From NCBI GenBank assembly GCA_040954595.2, contig CM082595.2, positions 2,234,635 through 2,298,634 of the forward strand: a DNA stretch of 64,000 bases, read 5' to 3'. Made by a program: the position numbers and the translations under genes. Source of the stretch: Balanoglossus misakiensis (taxonomy: Eukaryota; Animalia; Hemichordata). The notes under the pieces were generated by a model that saw nothing but the letters and a program-made list of their open reading frames with translations, was not told the origin of the DNA and did no database searches. This document shows positions 50,910-61,132 of this stretch, piece by piece; within the stretch, counting starts at the first letter, position 1; the number at the start of each line of letters is the position of its first letter.

Positions 50910-53900
50910 TTAACAGCAAAACCTTTCAAAGAAAAAGAAGTGAGGAGGTCACGGCAGTGTGAGCTGATTCTTTTTCTGTCAGGATTAGAAATGTCTTGCC
51001 TCAAAGATATTTCCTCTATTGTAGACTGGCCTTGGAGTGAAAATGTAGTATTTCAAAAGAGAGATGAGAAGAGCTGATATTGTTACTGTGGCAACTCAAC
51101 AAGCTCTCTGTCTCCTTTCTTACAAGTATAGATGAAAGTGCCGACACAGAGCAGAAAAAAAATTACGAAGCAGTCGGCCAGGTGTTCCACTGCGCACTCG
51201 AGACCAGGGGATGTGGCTGGCTGTTGAAGTGGGTGGAAGGTTTCAAAAAGTGGGCATAATTTGTACTGTTGAGTTTCTTGGAGAATTTCTGGAAGTAGTC
51301 GGCAAAATAACACAACATAGAGAAGATAGATGGTTCTTTACTGGCCATCAGTTCCTAACACTGATTTAGACGACGTTCATCAACTGGTATGATGTTCATA
51401 GTGACATTTTATCGGACCAAATCAGCTCTTTATCCCAACATTCATGATGCTGTTATAGAAGCGACAATATTTTGCACTTGTTTCTATCCCATAATATGCA
51501 GCAATATCCAATAACATGATTGGTTGCAGAATTTGTATGGTTTATGAAAAAGATTGTTCATGTATTATGAAAATATCGCTTGTGGCCTTAAAATTCTCTT
51601 CCAAATAATTCATTGTATGCAAATTTCGCTGACTTCACACTGATCCATAACATTGCTTATCGTAGACACATAAGCAAAGATAGTGTCCCTAATTGAGTAT
51701 GTGGCAAGGAGAAAGGGAAAATGGTTTATATTTTCACTTGAATAAACCTTGTTCAGACTTTCACACGTTTTAACCGTAATTTTATGGTACAGTACACCTC
51801 CAGTAGTAATATCAGAATAACCAACTGTGCTATGCATGACTAGAGTTTCTAACAGCTTTGATGAACAAGTGGATTTTCAGACACGTTTACTTGCAATTGA
51901 CATCTGATAAATTGCAGTGTGCTAGTCAGGTTTATTTTAAGGTGGGGACAAATTTTCAGACAAATGATAGTCTCTAAACCTTTTCAGAAGTTTGCATGGG
52001 GACCCCCAAGTTTTATATATCCAGTTTGATACTGTAGTTGGTCTGTTTATCAGGTCTTCCGAAAAATACACACAAAAAAGGGTACCGCTATGCTCACTTA
52101 ATGCTACTTTGGCCGCAGATGTCCAAAAGCGAAAGTGATTGTACATTCTAGTGATTGCCTTTCTTGTTTGTGGTCAAGTTTAACTCACGGCACACGTCAT
52201 AGGGCGAATCAGCGATTTACGTCAACAGAAGGATCATTAGGTGAATTCAGTACATGGCAATTACACAGGAGGACAAAAACAGGTAAACTAATGACGAGAT
52301 AGCGTTGATGGCCACTGTAATTTCGCCGACAGACTCGCGATAAAGCGGTAAAAGGCTACCTTGAAATTAGGATGATAGGATCTGTGAATCCGACGGAATT
52401 ATGCAAATGAAGCACGTTCTGAGGATGGGCTAATGCCAGTGGCAAAGATTAGGGGTAATCATGTCGTCCCGAATTGACCATTCCATTATCGACTGCCCAA
52501 TGTAAAATGTCAGCCTTTATATAGGATTAATCCAGAATGATCATGATATTTATTACACTGAAGGTGAACGAATGTTCAGTGAAGTCGATAGCTGAGAATC
52601 CGATCTTTGAATCAAGAATCAAGAATTAGAAACAGAAACTTTGACTTTGCAGTTGTGTAGTTGGACAGCCAGACCTTAAATATTGAAAATAAAATGATGG
52701 CAATAATGTGAAAAGATGCAGCCCCCTTTGGGATTTGAAGTGTTTGCGGAGACTGAAAGATTCATTGGTGTCTGGGCACTTTGTCACCTTTGACCCTAAC
52801 CATTAGGTGATGCAGGTCTTTCAGTGTGACAGTTTTCAGTATATATCAGATTTTATTCTGGGCATATGTTGCTGCAAAGCATGCTACCTGTAAAATCAAA
52901 CAACAGTACTCCCAATTTCTTAATTTAACAATGAAAAGTGAAATGCTACACAGTGAAAAGCTGGCAATTTTAAACAATTTATTCATGAATTGTAATATTA
53001 CGTGGATGTGAGTCTTGCGTTCTTCTTCCTCCGTTGTGTATTATCACTTCTATCGTAAGGTTGCGATGGTCTATTTCATATGTGTCTGACGTGAAGTCCT
53101 TTATCTGATGTTTGTGTGAAAAATGGGCAGAATTCACTGAAAGTAACCCTGAATGTGATAAAAACTCCTTTGAGACGGGGTAAGTCGTTGTTTGAGTTGA
53201 CGGTAAGACGCATCGGTTTCGAAAGGAAATATCTGCGTGTATCAAGAGCGTGCAAGATTGGAGGTTACGGCTGGTGTCATTTATTGGCTGTTATTCTAAC
53301 CTCAGAGTCAGCCAAGATGTAGCCAACTTGTCAATTACAGAATCCAGTTCTAAACTAAACAAGCAGCCCGCCAACTGGACACGATTTATTATTTTTGAAA
53401 CTGAACTGTAAAAAACAACAAAGTGCTTTACTAGTAATAGGAACGTAAGAAAGTAAGGTAAAGACCACATCGATGTAGATTGTTGTTGCACTGCTGAAAA
53501 CGATGATGGTTTCGGATGAAGATTCTTGTAGAGGAAGTGTAGGCCACCCCAAGTCGAATACTAGGCTGCTAAAGATTCTAGACATTCATGTGTTAAAGGG
53601 GAAGTGAAATCAACTTTTCATTTGTTTGCTGACTTGCTGTGTGAGCCAAACGTTTCTTTTGTATCAAACCTCTCAATGAATACAACTGTTCTTTTCGTAC
53701 TGCAAGTTTCTTGTACAAGCAGAGCGCTGAGTGATTTTCAAAAATAATGTCAAAGTGTACCTCACACAACCAACTTGTCAGTCGACAACAACTCAGATGC
53801 CATGTTATGTGCATTACCAGCTACTAAATAAACCATAAATAACACCTAATAACACATTTAGAGACCTTATAAAACCAAATTAAGGAGGCATAGCTTATTT

Positions 53901-54114
53901 GGAGGTAATTTACCATCATTACTGGGTCATTTACCATGTGTGAATTGGGATGGGCGGTGTTTGTTTTAGGTTTAACTGATTTTGTTTGTACTTGAATGGG
54001 ATTTTGATAATCGGACTAATATTTGGTTTAGTCTAGATGTTTTCTGTCTGCTGTCAGCTGACTGTGGCTCTTAAATTGTTAGTAATTTGCGTATTGGTTG
54101 AACTAAAAAACTGA

Positions 54115-54162
54115 ACACACACGCACACACACCACACATACACATACAGAGAGAGAGAGAGG

Positions 54163-54200
<38 letters not shown>
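54115..54200. repeat. (CA)n-(GA)n compound microsatellite
   Basis: Directly visible. Confidence 0.95.
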
Positions 54201-55239
54201 CTTAGGAAGGCACCTGTGTACCACTAGCAAGATAGACAGTCAGTAAGGATCAGACTGACACACAAAACAAGGATTGGCAAGCGAGGACAATGAGTTGATG
54301 GGAGAAGACGGCAGCTGCCAAAATAGACAGACAAAATAACGACAAAACAGCCACGAATGTCGACCAACATTCTCCCATTTGCAACAACAGACAGGCACAG
54401 ATGTGAAGATTCACAACGTGTCAGACCAATACACAGTGCTTAGAATTTATTGAAGACAATAAAATATTAAAACTAGCGCAATTACAATCCTTCAGTTCGC
54501 TCTGAAAACCATGAATTAATAATAACTCGATGATGTATTAGTTCTTCTTTCATTAGCACAAGTGGAAATAAATCTTCACAATAATTGGGACTACTTGAGT
54601 TACATTCATTTCACTCAATTTTATTTTTTTCCATTTTTTAATTTATGACTGTACAACAGCAGAAAACTAGAATATCGTGTCTTTCTTAGTATCAAAGCTT
54701 TGAGAGCTGTCTTGTAAAATGCCAAAATTTTTCTATATTTCACATTTTTGCAAATTATGTGTATTATACAGTGTGCATATGCCAGTTTTGAATGCCGTGA
54801 GGCTAGAGAATGGGAAAAGTGTGATTTTTGGCACAATGAACGAACGTACAGTCCGGAGTTAGCTTGATCAATCCCGTGGAGTGGATTTTGAAGTGGAATT
54901 ACACAAGAGAAATATCGGCACAAAGAGTTCGGTCACACTCTGAAAGCGAGCCGGCATCAGTGGGGAAATCTCAGGCTCATTCCAGAACAATTAGGTTTGG
55001 AGTTGAAAAGAGAAATCAGACCCACGCTGCATTTAGCGAGAGACTACGTGTGGAACTTACTAAGAAGGGGAGTTTAAAGAATCGAGGTGATGTCTAACGT
55101 TCGCTTTAATTGCGCCTGTCTCTGAAACCGTCCCCCAATGATTAGATCATTAACTGCTGAAAACTGTGCGCATTCAAATGCAAAAACGTATCAATCGTCG
55201 GGTTAAACAGTTGACTGATTATCAGTTCAACGAAGACTT

Positions 55240-55670
55240 CAGTTGGTGTGGCCGCCCACTCTGGCAGTAACTTGGGGGACACAATGCGTGTAATAATGCA
55301 GGGTTGGAACGATAGTTAGCGCGGCGGTGGAACTTCTTCGCGGAGCACACTAGGCTTGTTCAGGCGCTTCAGAAGCGCTGCCGTTGCCTCCAGCCAGATA
55401 CCATTCACGGATGGAGTATGCTGCCTTTCCATTATTTTGAGGACAAAACTCATTGGAGCCTATCGAACGGCGGTTTGCATCAGATACAGATGTAACAGCT
55501 CGTCTGATTGGTGAGCGGCGGCCGTGTCGTCTTGTTTTTGTGACCAGCAAGTTGACAACATCAGGCAGTTGTGATCTGGAGAGGCAGGAACACAACAAGG
55601 TGGTATCTGAGAACAGCGTGTAACCGCGGTGACTGTCAGTACCCTGTCTTGTTCATCCCATAAACCATAG
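55240..55670 (+). promoter_or_regulatory. Candidate internal promoter and non-coding first exon
   Basis: Local CpG/GC rise (GGCCGCCC, GCGGCGG), CTGATTGG (reverse CCAAT) at ~55504-55511, and a donor ATAG|GTGAGT at 55670/55671. Confidence 0.4.
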
Positions 55671-57763
55671 GTGAGTTTCTGCCTTCTCCCATGAAACACT
55701 CTAGAGTACGGGCACCGTGTATACGCTTTGTGGACTTTTTCCATCAACAAGATCACATATGACACCAACAAGCGATGAACAGTCAGTTCTCGTCAACTGA
55801 AGGACTCTTGCATATTCCGTGAACTGCGACAAAATCAATGCAGTTATTTGATAATGCCCGCCAAGTTAACCTTTGTATTTGAACACGCTAAAGCTCCAAT
55901 TGAATTTACTGCACTGTGTGTTTAGAAATGTCAACACATGCCTTTTGAATGTAAACGTGCTGTCGAGCTGTCGTCCGGTGACTTAATTGTACAGATATGA
56001 AATGGATGTGATATGCATACATTTGTATTGACTATCTATGTCCACCTAAAAGGTAGAAAAAATTACTGGTTTTATGAAAGTTTTGCACTGGACTGAAGTC
56101 AAAGAACACATATGGTAGGATACATGTAATTTCACAGTCTTGCACTTGAGTAGTTTGTAGTGGTACATGTTGTTCTATGCCTACGTTTGTATGTGACGGT
56201 GTTGTACATAGCAAGGATCTGGCGTTGGTAGCTATGACATGAATGTGACAACATGGTACCAGCGATTTTGACCAAGTATTTAACCACGTATATGTATGTG
56301 CTACTCAGTGGGGTTGGTTGTGCGAAATGAAGCCTGGTTTAATTAATGTGAAAGTTGATGGTATACTGGTAGTTTGGAGGTTCCAAATGTCATGTTATAA
56401 TGGCTAGCAATGGACCAAAGTTAACTGTGTATTTAGTTCAGGATAAAATGCAACAAGTAAGAAAGACTGTTCGGTTTTGAGGCTACTAAACTCTGTGTTC
56501 CGTGTTCCCTCAAACAAGGCCACCCTAAACCTCCTTTCACTCTCATTGATAACTGTTTTGGTCCTTGAAAACAATGAAGTTAAACCAAAGAGTCATGTGA
56601 AGAGGGTTATTAATGGTATCGTATTGTGTACACCAGTTAATTCTGTGGTCCTGTTTACGAAAAAATGTGTCTGATCAACCAGAACCGAGCTGTATATGGG
56701 TTTGTAACGACACATTGTGCAGTGGCTTGAATTCAAGCACATAAACAATCGGGCTTCAAATTGTGCCCTATACTTTATTGTAACCTTGTATACCTTGAAA
56801 TTTGAGAATGATTCAGAGTGGTGTGTCTCTCGGAACAGCGGAATTAGGTCATTTCAAACCATGTTGAACGAAAGGCCAAAAGCTAACCTTCCCGTATGAC
56901 AACCGTCAGTTTTCAAACACTCAGAAAAACTTGCTGAACTTTGATGTGACAGTCTTGCTCCCATTAAAAACCTACTACATAATCTCCCTTAAAAGACTGG
57001 TCTGTTTGTAGCCCCTCCTCCCCTGACAATCCCCCAGAGCCCTCCTGGAAGTATATCCCGAACACCCCCTATAAGAGTCAAAATGACAGGTATTGACAGA
57101 ACTGCGACATTATGAACAGCAGATATCATTTAGACTGATACTGAGTCATAAAAACATCATCATTTATGAAATATATCAGCTTTTTTTCGCTCAAATACCC
57201 TGTGGCTGTTATGAATGATGAATGCTTAACCCTATTCCATATATTATAACCTTTCAACTCTCAGCAAAATCATCAATGTTTTGTCGTTTTTCTAATAAAT
57301 TTAAATGATAAAGAGGATTCCAGCAAGCCAATATTATTTCTCCCTTTCCTGTATTTAATAAAAAAATCAGATATATTGTAAAATTGAAGATATTTTCATG
57401 AAGGGTCAGGAATGTTTTGTCGTACGCTATCACAAAAATGCTCTCGGCACAGATGGTGACAGAATTATTCAGTGTTTGCAATACAAAGGATTCTCTCATT
57501 ATTTTCATCTATTTTGAAAGACAGCTGTGTGTCATATTGAATTCAGACCACTGCTTTTGTCCCTTCATCATTTCAATCCTGAGATTGTCGTGAATTACAA
57601 CTTCTAAATCTCCATGAGGTGCCACATTTTTGCATTATTTTCACGATTTTGCTTTCAAACTCAGGTTTATTCAGCCTCCTGTCACTGGAGTACACAACTA
57701 TTATATTTATGTTCACATATGTCTGAGAATCTTCACAAATTCAAAAATCTTCACAAATTCAAA

Positions 57764-57973
57764 ATGGCGTCATCCATTGGGAGAAGATTAAGTGGAAAAT
57801 GTGGTTGCGCTACACCAGCTCTGGTCCCAGTAAGAACTCTCACTGCTAATTTTTGGCACAGAAGAGACATTGTGAATTACACCAACCCTGAATCAAGCTC
57901 TGAATTCAGCTGTGGAAGTGTGAAGACAGACTTAATCAAACCCCCAGAGAAGATTTATTTTATCTATGGTCAG
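57764..57973 (+). CDS. Candidate alternative first coding exon (70 aa, MASSIGRRLSGKCG..., phase 0)
   Basis: aaaATGGCG start context and 70 open codons to CAG|GTACAG, with an alternative in-phase donor CCA|GTAAGA at 57829. The N-terminal 34 aa are R/S/A/L-rich with no acidic residue. No homology evidence. Confidence 0.35.
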
Positions 57974-59316
57974 GTACAGTCGGATTAAAATCTTACATAG
58001 AGATGGGAGTGTCTTTTCCCTGAATCGCATTATGATAGTAAGCGGTAATATTAGTTTCCAGTATTCCAAGGCATGGACATAATCCAGAGTAGTGTAATCC
58101 CGGAAAACTGTGTAAACATGGAAGTCATCGAGCTGAGTATACATGTAGCACCTTTCTAAATCCTCACTGTAAGATGATGCGTCTGTCTTAAAAGTTTATG
58201 TTGTGGCTTATACCATTAATAGTTTAAGAGGGCTTGAAAGTGCAGTGTAAAGCTTATATAGAGGCAAAAACTATTGAGAAATATTTCTTTTGGATAATAG
58301 CTGATGTCTGTCATAATTTCAGTATTGCTGAAACATCAAACAGCAAGTTCTTGGAGTGTGGTTTGGCGATACCAACAAGAAACTGTATTAGATACACCAG
58401 ACAAAACACTACAAAAAATAACGGAAAGTTAAAGCTAATAGAACTTTAATTTTGATATCATGACAGTCTGTCTGTGCCCGGCCAGCACCGCTGTGTGAAT
58501 TTAAGATAGACTTTCGATTTTCATTTGTCTCGACGTCAGTGCACATTACAAGCGTCCATGCTGCGTCTTCCAACCTAACAATTTGGCATCTCAGCATGTT
58601 TTAGAACATGAAGCTGTTGTAAAAAATATTCAGAAACCTTGAAAACATCTTCCTCAGCTGCACTTCTGTCCACTTTGAAAAGCATTTATGTATGCTATTG
58701 GGCCATCTTTGTTGTATCAGGACAATCACAAATTGTTGGAGACTACTCCCTGTATTAAAACTGTCTCTTCCATACATACACAGAATAACTAAGGTTATTA
58801 TAGAGGTGAGCGTGTGGAGTGAAAATAGATTTCATGAGCAGAACATACTGTCATCTATCATTTTTACAGTGTGAAAGTTTATTGAAACAGACTGGGAGTC
58901 ATACGGGTTTAACAAAAGACGCAATAAATTTAGCTTGTTTGTACCATATGGATGGGGTTAGGCACGCCTTTGGTTGAGCGAGCATCAGAAATGAAAGCTG
59001 TCGGAGAATACAAAGCTTGGTGAAAACTGAAAAAGAGCAGAGGTGATGCTAGGGTGAGTTTGCAAAAGCAGAAAGTGTGAGGAACTGTTCGATTTAGTGA
59101 CTCCAGCAACTGAGTCACTGCCGAACTTGATTGTAAGTCAGGCTCTGTTCTTTACAGTGATTCGAAAATGTCACAGTCAAGCGGTTTGTCGGTCAGACCG
59201 TCAAAAGGCAGAAACCAGACTGTTTTGTCCACGTCAACTCCCATGAGATGTTTTTGCCTAACATTCAAAGCAGGGAGAAATGCTGCGATCAACACTGAAT
59301 AACACAGTCTGGTTAA

Positions 59317-59401
59317 CCCTTTCACCACCATGGTTCAGTCCAAATCCATTGTTTTCTATGGTAAATTTGGATCTCTAAAGAGGGAACTGGGGGTGAAAGG
59401 G
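59317..59401. mobile_element. 85-bp piggyBac-like MITE
   Basis: TTAA|CCCTTTCACC ... GGTGAAAGGG|TTAA; near-identical to 33596-33680. Confidence 0.88.
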
Positions 59402-60956
59402 TTAAACATTCTAGTCAGGTGTGCATGTCTTCTGCATGTTCCGGTGAACGAGACGTGACTGGAGGTCACATGATCTCCACCAATGTAACACAGAATTTTT
59501 CTGTCGGCGCGAACTAGTCCCAGCAGTCAGGGTTTTCTTGAAGAGTTAAACTGTACACGGAAAGGCCAGTGTTGGGAGCAATGACCTCAGGCTGAGAAGA
59601 ACGTTTGCATGATATTTTCCTGTGTGTTCCAACATTTTTACTGGTGGCTTCCATATTTTTCTGCACAGAAACAATAACTCTTATTTTAGAACCATATTCC
59701 AAGATTAGCAAAAATTTTATGACGATGGCCAGTCAAATGATGAAGGAACATTGCGGTCTTCTGCGTGTATGTACATGCACGTTCAGTGCGATTAATTTTT
59801 CTGTGTACATGCTAATATGAAATATGAATTGTAATTTCTTATGCACCATCGAAAATATTACCATATGTGATATGCCAGTGGTGCACCATATTGGCTTGGT
59901 ACCCAGATGCCTTTAGTGGTTGCAAGGTGAGCTCAAAACATCGTTGTCATGTGTTTAATAATTAGAACAAATCGCTTGCAAGAAATCTTCTGACAAGAAT
60001 TAATGAACGAGAGCTAAGAATATTTATGCAGGGAAGCTATCCCACACTTCAGTGTAAATTTGTTAATTACGTGCAACATTTGAAATGACGATGGTGGGTA
60101 ATTGACGATGCCAACTTAATTATTGGTTATTAAATTATCAAGCATTAATTATTCACTCATAAATTTTTAACGTTTACTTTTAGTTGCGTAAGCAGAGGAA
60201 TTATCTAATGTCGAAAACTGTGAGAATATTCAAGTAAACCATGATCAGTTATAAGATTCCTGAGAATAATATGAAGCGAGATATGCATTTAGGCTTGGTG
60301 TTTCCAGGGAAAATCCCTGACTGCAGAAATAGCACACAGTAAGTGAGAGAGGTTCGTGTTTTTCGGTGACTCACCCTCATAGTCGACCACAGCGTCTTTC
60401 AGTTCATTAAAATAAAGTAATAATTTATGAGATGAATTTAGATAGGGGTATTAATTTTGGGGACCACATGACCGGCACCACATGCCTTGTCAGTGTCATG
60501 TTAATATTCTGGCGACAGATGCTGTCGTAAGGGATTTTCTGTCTGTTCAAATTGCAGCGTGGACTATTAGCTTTGAATTCAGGTTTTTCGATATATCGCC
60601 CCAGCTGCTTGGTCGGCTGAGTTACAGAGATCTGAACTCTTGTAATGGTAATCGTTCTGTTGGTTTGGCGCTGTTTGTAAAACGTGTGTGCGTTTGTAAT
60701 ACTTCGCTCAGGTGAGTTCTATAGATAGCTTGAATCATCAGATGTTGAAATATGGTATTTTTAGGTCGATCAGAGATGATGCTGCCTTCCCTTTTTGACC
60801 GAGTCATCAATCAAACGATGACCCATATACACACAGCTGTACCAGCAGAAAATCGTTTGGCAAAATGGTTGTTTGCTGGTGAACATTTCAGACTTCATGG
60901 GTTAAAACAAATGCATATTGCCATGCCATTTCAAAAAAATAGATAAATGAATTTAA

Positions 60957-61132
60957 AGGGACAAAGTCTCTCTCTCGAAGGACTTTTTTCATTAATTATG
61001 TACAAGTTGGATGGATGTTGTGTGTGGTTGAATGTTGATTCCTTATATATCCACATGTAGAATAATATAAACGCTGTCATGTATCAAACATATTTAATGG
61101 AAAAAGAGCAGCGAGAGAGAGACTTTGTCCCT
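60957..61132. mobile_element. 176-bp Kolobok-like MITE
   Basis: TTAA|AGGGACAAAGTCTCTCTCTCG ... CGAGAGAGAGACTTTGTCCCT|TTAA. Shares the core ATATATCCACATGTAGAATAA with 39507-39674. Confidence 0.9.

Noticed and set aside
56212-56270. Pre-miRNA-like hairpin
   Set aside because: The core stem is only about 13 bp, with G-U pairs and bulges, and matches no miRNA family I recognise; small-RNA data would be needed.
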